NCBI GenBank assembly: GCA_964016885.1
Contig: OZ024741.1
Span: 283,092,001 to 283,156,000, forward strand
DNA from: Eledone cirrhosa
Lineage: Eukaryota
Length of the DNA stretch: 64,000 bases
Reading direction: 5' to 3'
Part shown: one piece after another, positions 40,290-52,169 of the stretch
Layout of the letters: every line of letters starts with the position of its first letter
How positions within the stretch are numbered: position 1 is the first letter of the stretch
Translations under genes and position numbers: made by a program
The notes under the pieces: model-generated
Told to the model about the DNA's origin: nothing
Databases searched by the model: none
What the model saw: only the letters and a program-made list of their open reading frames with translations

Positions 40290-43200
40290 GGGCAACTGAA
40301 AGAAATCATGGAATTAAACAAAGTGATGATTATGAAATTCTTCACCATAACAGCAAATTTATTAGAGGCCAAGATCGATAAACAGACGGAAGAGAATGTG
40401 GTTGTGAAACTTAAGATAAGAGGATTAAAAGAAAGCACCCAGGTTCATAGCAATGTTTTTGATGAAAAGATGAAAGATATCATAAAACAAAGAGACGAGG
40501 TGTTGGAAGAATGTGAGAAAAAAGAAATAAAGCTTTTGGATCAGAAGGATAGTTTGCAATGAAATAATCTTTGTTTTGACGGCTTCAAGGAAAGTGAAGG
40601 CAGAGTTCAAAAGCAAGGTACGGACATTCTTCAAAGATGAGTTTGTGGGGGAACCTAGTTTCGGCGATACAGAGATTGTTGTAATGGCACAGGAGCAGCA
40701 GGCGATTAGTTGCCATGGGTGGATGTATCAGTGAAGATTGTGCCAATGGGCTGCAATGGGTTGGTTGGAGGGAACCTGGCAGAAGAAAAGATGGTAGCAT
40801 TTGTGTCCGTCAGAATGATTGTGGTGTCATAGGGCGAAATTTGTCCTAAAACCTTTTGGAGCTGGTTGTAGTAGTTGTGCTTGACAGCGTTCTCTGTAAT
40901 GTCTGTAGGAGCACAGGCAATGAGGATAGTCACCTTCTTGTGCTAGTGGAGAAAACGGGTGGACAGGAAATGGTCATTCACCAGGTTCCAGCTGATGAGT
41001 GATTTGCAGACATCCTTGGGCATAGTCAGTCCCATGTTGCAGAGGCCCATCTGATCTGCTGAGCCACTCCAGATGAGGTAGTGGTCTCCCATGATGAATT
41101 TGTTGCTGCCAGGCTATCGTGTCTTGCAGAGTCCCGCCTGTGTGATGTTGTAGTGGGATAGCTCTCAGGACAGCAGTGTGGCTGCTCTGGGATGAAGCAG
41201 TGACAGAACATTCCAAGTGGCAACACAAATTTTGTAGTGTAAGTCAATTTCTCATGCAGGAGTTCATTCTGATGCTGGGCAGTCCAGTTTCTTCTGGTCA
41301 GTTTTGTAACAGGTTGATGGTTCTTCTGGGTGGGTTGTTGGCCCTCTTCAGAATAGTCAAATGATGGGGCTGCCATCTTGGTGGTGAGCCAATGCACCAC
41401 AGGTTACCATTGGTCTGAAACCTCCCCCAGATGACTGGCCCACCTAGGGTGGCCTGACCAGGAGCAAAGCTCCAGATGGTATCGCTCTCTCAGATTTACA
41501 GAACCCACAAGCCCCCTTGCTATGATAAGGTCAGACCCAGATCTCAAATTGTGGGAACGTGGAATTGATGTAAACAAGGACTTCTCGAAAAAGACTGTCG
41601 ACATCAGGTGGAAATTATTCACTGAAATTAAAGAACAGTGTTGAAATAAACTTAATGGCTGAGTTTCTTATAAGACCTTGATTAAAGAATAAAGAACATG
41701 CTGAATGAATCAGAAATCAGACTAAAGGAATAAATGAAATTTTTATTCTTTTAGTGGACTCAATAAAAATTCTTAGCTTCTCTATTAAAAGTCAAAATAA
41801 ATATTACAGATGATATATGTATCTAACAAAAGTTATGTTTCTGAGTTAATAAGTATTTTGAGAAATAACAGAAACTTACTCGTGCAAGATGAAATAGATC
41901 CTGATGATTTTGTAAATTCACAACTTTCAGAAAGTGTCATTGACACTTCATTTTTATGACACTTCATCTAGTGAGGAAATCACAAGGTTATTTAAATTCA
42001 AAAATTCACTGTCAATTATAAGTTTTAACGTAAGATCTGTGCCAAAAAATGTTGATGAATTGAAAACATTGTTTTGGCTTTCGCTTTTAAATTTTCTGTT
42101 CAAGAAATTTGGGTAAAAGATGAAAAAGAAGATTTCGATTCAAAATATGTTTCATGTGCATCGAGGATGCAATATGAGAGGTGGGAAGCCTCTGTATGTA
42201 TTTTTAATGATAAATTTGGACGACTATGAAAAGTAAAATCTACAAATTGGTAATGAAGACCCTGAAGCACAATTTATTGAAATAATAAGATGCCCCCACT
42301 TCCCCTCAAAAAGAAAAAAAAATTTACTTGGAAATATATATCGACCACCAAAAGGGAAAATAAAAGCTTTTAACTAAAACATAATCAAGTTCCTCACTGC
42401 TATAAGGCAGAAGCCAATATTTATTTCTGGTGACGTCTGTTATCAACACACGTGATTCAAATAAATCTTATGAAAACTTTTTAATTAATTTCGAATGTCT
42501 TTGTAATGAATATTTTCCTATAAAAGAAAATTTAGTGAAAGAAAAGTCTATTTTGAATAAATGGATGACTGCAGGTATTTTGCATAGCTCTGAGTGAAAA
42601 CAAAGGTTGTATTTGAAATACATAAAAAATAAAACTCCCAAGAATGATGAAAGGTACAAAAAATATGCTAACATTTTTAACGCATTAAAATAGAAAGCTA
42701 AAATCTTTTATTTTCCGAACCAAATTAAAACATATAAATTAAATGTTAAAAAAATATGGTCAATTATGAAAACAATAATTTCTAAGAACAAGCCTGTTAA
42801 TAATCATCCAAATTGCATATCAATAAATGGTGAAAAGATGTACAGCAAGAAGTTTTCAAGAAATTTTTCACCAATGCTGATTCAAATCTCATGTCAAAAA
42901 TACCAAGAGCCAATAAAAACTTCCTTCAGTATTTTTTTTTTTTTAAAAGACCAACTATTTGTAGACCTCGAAAAGGCATATGACCATTGTGGAAGGTTCT
43001 GCAGGAGTATGAGTGAAGAAGAAGAAAAGACCAACCATTTATTCAAAATGAATCCAGTTACGGTTGATGAATTGAAGAATGCATTCACTTGTCTGAAGGC
43101 GAACAAAGTACCTGGATATGACTCCTTAAGTACAAAGATTGTTAAAATTATTACAAATGAATCAATAAAGTCCCATTACTAAATGTCTCCAATACTTCAT

Positions 43201-43470
43201 TTGCATCTGGAGTATTTCTGGATAAAACGAACATAGCAAAAGTCATGTCACTTTTTAAATCAGGAGCAAAGACAGTTGGTATTATCCATTTTACCAGTCT
43301 TCTTCAAATTGATAGAGAGATTCATGCACTCACATCTTTACAACTTCTTTGAGAATAATAACCTTTTTATTCAGAACAGTTTGGTTTTTGAAAGAATTCT
43401 GGTATAGACTATGGGTTGATAGGATTCATTAATGACATCACAATGGTTAAGTCAAATAAACATGTAATAT
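40290..43470 (+). mobile_element. L2/Crack-like LINE 5' half (coiled-coil ORF1, APE, start of RT), interrupted by an RTE fragment
   Basis: ORF1-like coiled coil at 40308..40562 + NNLCFDGFKES. Then SIISFNVRS, IYRPPKG, KWMTAGIL, PGYDSLS and ...FGF.KN...FINDIT ending near 43470. Confidence 0.75.
40650..41540 (-). mobile_element. RTE (BovB-like) 5' leader and APE fragment
   Basis: Minus-strand leader 'ccttatcatagcaagggggcttg...gagagcgatacc...ggccaccc.aggtgggccagtc' resembles RTE/BovB 5' UTRs. Downstream IACAPTD...YNQLQ...IILTDTNA. Confidence 0.65.
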
Positions 43471-43699
43471 TTTGATGTAATAGCCTCTGTATACCTGGTT
43501 CCGACCTCCACATTCCCAATTTATCCTGTAGGTCAAGCTGGATCTGCCAATTTTGTGGGTTTGTTTTTATTTTGTCATCTCAGGTTGCAGATAACAAAAT
43601 GGGGATCAGTTGACAGTTCAGTCCCTCTTTTATCATGAACACCCAGAACAGAATGAAAGAGATCAGAGACACTAAAAAAATTAATTACTGATCTCTGTT

Positions 43700-44130
43700 A
43701 TGAAGGCGTTCATAACAGAGAGTCCATTGCTATAACAGAAGTTTAATAAGGCCTTTCCATTCATATTTAGATCGGGATCACCATTCCTTCCAATGACTTC
43801 TTTCCAGTGCCAACATACGCATAGAAGTCTCCCATCAGGATATATGACTCAGTCTTAACTACATCTAATGCTGCAGTGATTTCAACAAGGGAAGATCTGT
43901 AGTCAGGCTCCCTGCTTGACACAAACTTGCACCACTCACAAAGACCTTTCTTTCAGCCTAAGCTTCACGAGGCTAATTTCCTTCCCAATGGGATCCATTC
44001 CATAACACATTCTGATAGCCAGGGACTTGTGAGTATCCCCACTCCTACCTATGAAGTCATTTCTGACACTACACTATGGTACCAGAGCCACAGAGCTTTG
44101 TTGAAGAAACCTTGTATCTAATTGATAACA
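43700..44130 (-). mobile_element. RTE APE fragment
   Basis: GVGILTSP...ILMGDFYAYVG...IGRNGDPDLNMNGKALLNFC. Confidence 0.7.
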
Positions 44131-44454
44131 TCCGACCTCCTCCGCTAGTTCCTGCTTCTCACCTGCAAGGGTTATGATGCTCCAGTTGCCAATTGTTGAT
44201 GTTTGAAAATAAAAATGCTAAAAGTAATTCTATTGTGCCAGAAAAAAAGAAAATAGAGGAAGATACATCATCATCATCATCATCATCATCATCATTTTAC
44301 GTCCGCTTTTTCCCTTCTTGCAAGGGTGGGACGGGAACTGATTCTGGCTTGATTTCTACAGCTGGATGCCCTTCCTAACACCAACCTCATTTACAGTGAG
44401 TGCTGGGTGCTTTTTTTGCCGTGGCACCTCTACGACCACTTTGCAGTGGAATGA

Positions 44455-44620
44455 TATGGACCCCACTCCCTATCATCTCATTTCTACAGCTGAGTAAACT
44501 GGAGCAATGTGAAATAAAGTGTCTTGCTCAAGGAAACAACACATCACCTGGTCTGAGAATTGAACTCACAACCTTTTGATTGCAAGGCCAATGCTCTAAC
44601 CACTAAGCCATGTGTCTCCA
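44455..44620 (-). mobile_element. tRNA-derived SINE (second family)
   Basis: Minus strand 'atggcttagtggttagagcattgg...gagttcaattctc...ccttgagcaagacacttt'. Flanked by RTE-tail fragments at 44265-44450 and 44650-44810. Confidence 0.75.
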
Positions 44621-45309
44621 TTACACTGACATGAAAAAGAAATTGAAGATCATCATCATTTAACATATATTTTGCATGCTTGTATGGGTTAGATGAGCTG
44701 CCATGTACTGAAGTCAGAATGATCAGGTGACATCTCTCTCATACACTCTGTTTTGGGCTTGGTTTCTATGGCAAGATGCCTTCCCCAATGCCAACCACTT
44801 TACAGTTTTTTAATAAACTTCTTCCTGTCAGGAGCAACCATTTTCAATTAATCCAGCTAGATCTCCAAGTGAGACCAGCTGAGCTCATGAATGTTATCCA
44901 ACCATCTTGCTCGGGATCTACACCTGGGTTTCCTGCCAGTTGATTTTTGCCTGTAACATCTTTCCAGCGATTCTAATCACATGCTCATAATATCAGAATT
45001 ATGATCTCTCAATTTGGAGAAGTAGCAGCTCTACCTAGAGTGACTCTATCGAGTAACATTACTCTGAAGACCCTTTGGAGTAACCCCAGTTCAGTTGCTT
45101 CTATTCACAATCATATGCTTTTGGTCATTACCAAGATTCATGACCATAGGTAAGGGTTGGCATGAACACCAAATTGAAGATGGCGAATTTGGCTTTTACA
45201 CCTCCCTCCCTTCTGATTACCGAATACTGGAGCTGGCGCATTACTGCACCAGCTCCTGAAATTCTTGCACTTAATTCAGCCTCCTGTAAATAAATTTTAA
45301 TTATTATAG

Positions 45310-48300
45310 TCAGATAACGAGTGTCGACAAATGCCCAAAACTCCGAGTTGGTACCATCAATGTAGGCTCAATGAAAGGAAGAGCAGGAGAAATCGTAGAA
45401 ATGCTAGAGCAAAAGGAAATTGATGTATGCTGTGTGCAAGAGACTAGATGGAGAGGAGAGTCTGCCAGAGTCCTTGTAGGAAAAAGTCAGTGCTACAAAT
45501 TTTTCTGGGTGGGAAATGACGATGGGATGGGTGGTGTAGGTATACTACTAGCTGACAAGTGGGTAGATAAAGTAATCTCAGTGTACAGGGTAAATGCAAG
45601 AATCATTAAACTCAGACTAGTCCTGAATAAAACAATTACCACAATAATATCAGCTTACGCACCCCAATCGGGGCTGCCAGACGAACTTAAGGATAGGTTT
45701 TACGAGTCCCTAATGCACACTACTGCTCTAACAGACGACAATGACTTCCTAATCATCGCAGGAGATTTTAACGGACACGTAGGTAAACACTGCGACGGCT
45801 TCAATAGAGTACATGGAGGCCATGGGGTTGGCACAAGAAATGAGGAAGGATTCAAACTTCTAGAATTCTGCGACGCCAATGACATGTCGATATGTAACAC
45901 AAACTTTAAAAAAACCCGACAACCACCTGATCACCTATAGATCAGGGGAGCACTCCAGTCAGATAGATTTTATCCTCATCAGAGGACGTGACAGATGGAC
46001 GGTCGTAAACACAAAAGCCTTCCCTAGTGAGGAATGTACATCCCAACATAGCTTAGTTGTCAGCGACCTCACGGTCAGAACTAGACGAACCTGGAAACAG
46101 AGGCCAACCTGGAGAAGAAAGATCTGGAAGCTGAAAGTCCCCTCAACCAGTAACAGATTTAAAGATATTTTACTCAACGCCTACGACAGTAAAGAAGAAC
46201 AGATAGAGACATTCAATGTAGAAGAGAACTGGGAGTTCCTAAAAAATAATTTACTAGAGGTGACGGATGAGGTCTGTGGCTGGAGTAAGACCTCAAGCAG
46301 GAGGAGAGTGACTTGGTGGTGGAACAATAAGATAGATGAAGCTGTTAAGGCCAAGAGACAGGCATGGAAAGAATGGAAGAACGGGGGGAGCAGGGTACAT
46401 TACATAGAGACCAAGAGGAAAGCTAGGCAACAAGTATACTTAGCTAGGAGGGAAGCAGAGGATAGAAAATTCAAGCATGTTTTGCAACGTGAGGACCAGA
46501 AACAGGAGGTGTTCAAGATTGCGAGGCAGTGTGTCAGAGATAGTTGTGATGTCATTGGAGAGAAGTGTATCCGGAATGATAAAGGTGAGCTTGCCCTCAC
46601 AAGTGCTGAGAAGAAAGATGCATGGAAGAGTCATTATGATAGATTACTAAATGAGGAGAATGCATGGGAAGAAGAGACCCTACCCCAAGTAGACCCTATA
46701 GAGGGGCCAGCAGTACAAGTCAACAGCAACGTAGTAAGTAAGGCAATCAAAGATATGAAGATGGGGAAGGCAACCGGTCCATCGGGTATAGCTGCCGAGA
46801 TGCTGAAGGCATCTGGGTCTGTAGGTCACACTATAACCACACGTATTGTTAACCCGGTAATACTAGGTGTCATACCAAAATATTGGTGTAGTAGCATCAT
46901 TGTCAACTGCTACAAAGGTAAAGGCGATGCACTAGATAGAGGAAACTATAGAGGTATAAAGTTGATGGACCAGGTCATGAAAGTAACAGAAGGAGTTATA
47001 GCACAGTTGATTAGGGACCGGGTGAAAATAGACGAGATGCAATTTGGGTTTGTACCAGGAAGAGGCACCACTGATGCCCTCTTCCTTGTGAGGCAGTTAC
47101 AGGAAAAGTACCTAGCTAAAAGTAAGCCACTCTACTTGGCATTTGTCAATCTTGAGAAAGCCTTTGACAGAGTTCCACGTGCTGTAATCTGGTGGGCTCT
47201 TAGAAAACTAGGAGTAGATGAATGGCTTGTGAAAGCGGTACAAGCCATGTATAGGGGAGCAGTCAGCAAAGTTAGGATTAGCAATGAGTATAGCGATGAA
47301 TTTAGCGTACAGGTTGGGGTCCACCAGGGCTCTGTTCTTAGCCCCCTCCTGTTCATCATAGTCCTGCAGGCAATAACGGAGGAGTTTAAGACCGGATGCC
47401 CATGGGAACTCCTGTATTCTGATGACCTCGCACTCATAGCTGAATCTATGGTAGAACTAGAGAATAAATTCCAAACTTGGAAGCAGGGACTAGAAAGAAA
47501 GGGTCTCAAAGTCAACATGACAAAGACTAAGGTCCTTGTAAGTAGACGAGAAAACAGAACCCAGATCCCCTCAGGGAAATGGCCTTGCTCAGTATATAGG
47601 AAAGGTGTAGGTAGGAACTCCATTCTCTGCCCCAAATGCAAACAATGGGTACACAAGAGATGTAGCGGGATCTCAGGAAGCTTAATTAAGAATGTAGGCT
47701 TCACATGCAGCAGCTGTGCTGGGACAGCAAGCAGCAAACAGCCACAGGAAACAAGTACCACCAATCTCTGGGAGGGCTCTGTAGAAACAGTAAACAGCTT
47801 CTGCTACCTAGGTGACCGAATTAGCAGTGGAGGTGGGTGTTCAGAAAGTACAATAACTAGGGTAAGAACGGGATGGAAGAAGTTTAGGGAACTACTACCA
47901 CTGCTAGCTGCAAAAGGCTTCTCCCTCAGAATGAAAGGCAGACTGTATGATGCGTGTATCCAAACAGCAATGTTGCATGGTAGTGAGACCTGGGCGCTGA
48001 AGGTGGAAGACTTACGTAGATTAGAGAGAAACGAAGCCTGCATGCTCCGATGGATGTGTAACAGTAATATACGTGAACGACAAAGCATAAATGAATTGAG
48101 AGAGAGACTGAGCATAAGAGGAATCAAATGCTGTGTGCAGGAGAGGCGGTTGCGCTGGTATGGACATGTGATGCGTATGAAGGATGACAGCTGCATAAAA
48201 AGGTGCAGAGCACTAGAAGTCGATGGAAACCGCAGAGTGGGGAGACCCAAGATGACCTGGGATGAGGTGATAAAAGCCGACCTTACCCAATTACACCTCT

Positions 48301-48690
48301 CAAAGGCGATGACACACGACCGTGACTACTGGCGTCACGCAGTAATACAGTGTACCCGACCTCCCATGGGTACAAGCTGAAGCATATAGACAATATGCCC
48401 CCACACACCCCACCGCGAGGTGGTCGTGGAGGTGCCACGGCAAAAAAGCACCCAGCCCACACTGTAAAGTGGACGTGCAGGTGCCACGGCAAAAAAGCAC
48501 CCAGCACTCACTGTAAATGAGGTTGGTGTTAGGAAGGGCATCCAGCTGTAGAAATCAAGCCAAATCAGTTCCTGTATGAGCAAGGCATGGTCAGCCGACC
48601 AGACACTACCCACAACAGGACAATCCATCTAACCCATGCTAGCGTGGAAGAACGGACGTAAAACGGTGATGATGATGATGATGATGATGA
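45310..48690 (+). mobile_element. Young, near-complete RTE-clade LINE
   Basis: APE ORF 45371..45940 and RT ORF 45879..48380 are joined by a +1 shift in an A-run near 45908-45914. The 3' UTR has an internal duplication and a (GAT)n tail. Confidence 0.95.
45371..48380 (+). pseudogene. RTE ORF2 (APE-RT with embedded PHD finger), frameshifted and catalytically mutated
   Basis: CCVQETRW, SAYAPQ, GDFNGH, SQIDF; QFGFVPGRGTTDA, NLEKAFD (D to N), QGSVLSP, YSDD, FCYLG. Confidence 0.85.
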
Positions 48691-49082
48691 GATAAGATAT
48701 TCTCTTTTAGTTACACTTTTTATTACTGCCGTCTTTTAGTTTGTAACTATTTCAAAGAGTTTCTCCTATAAAAAAATAAGTTGATATTATCCGTTTGTGA
48801 ATTATTTAGCATAGAGAGAAAAAAGAGAGAGGGAGAGAGAAATAAGTATAGAGTCAATACATTACATATACATTCACTTTTGATATGTACATTCATAAAG
48901 ATTTGAATTTCTCTAAAAAATTCCTATAAAAATTTGTCACTTCTCATGTTATAAATAGTGGGTAGCTTTTATTTTCTATTTCCCATTGGGAGGAGTCAAT
49001 GAGAATAAGGAGTGGTATTTCAGGTTGTAAAATGATATTCAACAATCAAGATTTCACATGTTTATACTGATGCTTTGAACAC

Positions 49083-49120
49083 TATAAAAGGCTGCTTGTA
49101 CATACCCTATCTGTCATTTG
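49083..49120 (+). promoter_or_regulatory. Candidate TATA box/Inr of gene B
   Basis: TATAAAAG at 49083 with TCATTT ~32 nt downstream, about 150 nt upstream of the ATG. Confidence 0.4.
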
Positions 49121-49232
49121 AAGAAAAGTTTTTCTCCTCTGTTTACAGAATTCAGAAAGCTTGAAAGCTGATTTGAAGGAAAATTTCTTTTAGAAAACAA
49201 CGAAACAAAAGCAAGCGCACCATCATATCAAC

Positions 49233-49314
49233 ATGAATTTTAATATTCTAGTTATTGTTGCAGTTTGTTTTATTGGGTGCAGGGCACAACCTTATGATGC
49301 ACATGCCCTAGAAA
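49233..49314 (+). CDS. First coding exon (signal peptide) of ChtBD2/Pif-like gene B
   Basis: ATG...MNFNILVIVAVCFIGCRA|QPYDAHALE: a hydrophobic core with a C-R-A cleavage site. Canonical GTAAGT donor at 49315, phase 1, compatible with exon 55725. Confidence 0.8.
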
Positions 49315-49349
49315 GTAAGTAGACTTAACAAAATTTATTTTTCTTATAT

Positions 49350-52160
49350 ATGTATGGGTGCACATTATGCATATGACTTTTTTACAACCCCATATGAGCA
49401 TGTTATTTTCTAATGAGGTTTTTGTCATAAAGAAAGAATTACAGTAGTTTTTTTGTAAATTTTGAAAAAAAATTCTTGCACATACTAAATTATATTTTTA
49501 ATTTTTTGGTAATTAGCCAGTCCCATAAAATAAATACCTAAAACAATAAATTATGACAATAAAATTTTTAATTATTAATTTTTAATTATTAGTTGAACAA
49601 AATTTACTTTTACAAAATGGCAAAAAGTCCTGCACAACTTTTACAGCTCGCTCAGCGCAAATATTTGAGTATTGCATCACAATTGGAGATTCTTCATTAG
49701 ACCAAAATTTTCTGATGGTGTTTGCAGCCTTTTCACACTTGGCTTTAATTAGTTGGTCAATTAGTTTCTGCTTGCTGTCAGCTCTATACTTGAGAACCAC
49801 ATTTTTCCACACATTCCGCAGATGTATTCGGCGCAGCTTCGCTCGTTCATCAGGCATCAAAATAAATCGAAGCAACAAATAAATTGCTCGGCTATTCCAA
49901 TGAGCATTGTGCAAATTAGGTAATTTCTTAAAATTTATTTTAGGAAACACACCGTTTTCAAAGAAATGTTGCACGGTTATCATGAGATGCTGAAGGAAAT
50001 CCATGTCACTTCTCCAGCACGTCGGGGTTTCATTAATTTCCGTCGTTCCATTTGAAAAGTTCTGCTTCAGTTCATCATAGTTCTTTAAAATGGCCTCAAC
50101 AAAGTAATAATTGATATATGGAGAAGTTGTTTTGCTATTATATAGTTGATCAAAATAAACTTTCAATGCACATTCTAAAATGTGGTGCTGGCATCCAACA
50201 TATAATGGCTTGCTGTAACCGTGACGCGCGAACTCACTGTTGAGCATGGCAACAACTCCTGCCTTTTTGCCGGTATTGACACTAGTTGTGTCACAGACTA
50301 TCATCATGATAGATTCCCACAGTTCATATGTGTCAATAACTTCTTTCAATCCATTAAATATAGTAAGAGCCTTTCTATCGGTTAATGCCATCGGCCTCAG
50401 GCGTATTTCTTTCTCATCATTTTTTATCACTACAACCTGATATTCTACGTCTCTCATTCATTTTCCATCAAAATGAAGGCTCCATTTTTCCCTTTTGAGT
50501 TCATTTTTCCATTTCTCCATGAGTTTCTCACCTTCTCTGATAACTGCTTTGTGCACTGCCGACTGACTCGGGGTGCTCACCTTTATACCACCACTTTTAA
50601 ATTTGTTGCAAACTGCTGCTACTTTTCTACTAGGTAATTTAGTATTTCTTACTAGGTTAACAGCATGAGCTGTGATTTCTCTTTTTCGTTTTATTTCTGG
50701 TGAAGGTGAAGGTTTGTAATCGCTGGTATTTGTATCGGTGTCACTGTAACTTTTATTTGAGTCCAGATGAATGTATGAGCAGGATGGCTTATCATGATCT
50801 AGTTCTTGTTTTTTGTTTTTAATTCTCTTAGAAGGATGACCCAGGGTTACTTACTCCGGTAAGTACCACCGGAATCTAACTAGTAAATTTTATAAAGAAA
50901 AAGGATAAGAGATTTTCTATAACACCATGCCGAAATGAGAGTTATCTTTCATTACAAAGGTAATGATTAAAAGCGTAACCAGTTTCTCAAAGCAAGTATC
51001 AAATATAAATTTTCATTTATTGTAGTTCCATGTTACAATTGTAGTAAACAAATATCCTCGTACATAATTAGGTACAATCCTGATCCATGAGAGGTGGTTA
51101 GAGAAAAATTAACATGCTTGTGCTCGGTGTTGTCAATTCGAAGAAAAGCGCCAAAAGAAAGAGAGATTTGAGTTCCCTCTTTTATATCCTTTGACCAGAA
51201 GTTACAAGGAAGGTTCTAAAATTTCAACGGGAAATAACTCTAGCTACTTCCCTTGTCTAGAGAGAGCTACAGATGGATTTTCTTTTCACTGTCTATTTCC
51301 ATTGTAGTATACCCAACCTTTCCACAACTCTCAACTTGCTTTTCATAAAATGACAAATCTTCAGCTGCTAACCATATCCCATATCTTTTTGAAATGTCAA
51401 ACAGATTATTGAAATTCGCAGAGCCAGTTCTTTTCACTTCTTTTTCCTTTTTTTTAAAATTATTTTTTCAATTTTTCGAGGTATTGAAAGTTTGTTGATA
51501 GTTGGAAAGCTGAACTTTTCCCATAAACTTTCACATTCTCCAGTAACTATCTTAATTCTTTTGGGGGTATTTTTCTCTTCAGCAGCAAGAGTGATATATC
51601 TATCAACGATCTGTTACTCAGTAGGTAGCTTGCATAATTCGATTAATGAACTTTGAATTTTTGTTTTCCTAGATTTCTTTCTCTTCTCAAAATAACAAAT
51701 ATTTTGTGCCCAAATCTTTTTACTTTCCTCTTTAGCAACTGGATTTTTATACATCTGAAATTTATAATATTAATATAATATAATTATAAATATTAAAATA
51801 TATTAATAAATATACCTCACAAATTTTAATTTATTCTATTTATGTATTTTATGAATTTTATGAACAGATTAAACTGACAAATAAGTGATGAATAAAGCAA
51901 TAAATTAAACAATTTGAAGAAGAATACTATATTTTATAAACTGTTAAATTGCACACTATATTTTTATTACATACACACGTATATTGTATATGCAATTCTA
52001 TATTAGTTAATCAATGTTAAAGAATCTACCTTGTGCAAGAGTTTTTTAAATATCTAATATTTTTTAACATGCTCACAAGTATTTTCTAGTAAAAGTTCAT
52101 TTGAAAATGGCATGCTCATTTATTTTTTTAACAAAAGTGTACTTTAGGAATATGCCTAGT
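49350..52160 (-). mobile_element. hATm-like DNA transposon, decayed
   Basis: WSLHFDGK (frameshifted, ~50462-50488), CDTTSVNTG, CQHHILE and NICAERAVK. Imperfect inverted subterminal blocks 'atgagcatg..attttc.aatga' and 'aaa.tcttgcaca' at both ends. Confidence 0.75.
49582..50457 (-). pseudogene. hATm-like DDE transposase fragment
   Basis: 291-aa ORF with DTTxxNTG, CxHH and AER motifs. The N-terminal part lies in another frame. Confidence 0.75.
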
Positions 52161-52169
52161 GTACATACA

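Noticed and set aside
45900-45920. Programmed ribosomal frameshift between APE and RT
   Set aside because: The sibling copy (13099..13428) reads NFKKRDNHLITY in one frame, so this is a homopolymer indel.
47132-48250. Long minus-strand ORFs (210 aa, 148 aa, and equivalents at 24297-25336)
   Set aside because: Antisense shadows of the RTE RT frame with no independent motifs.
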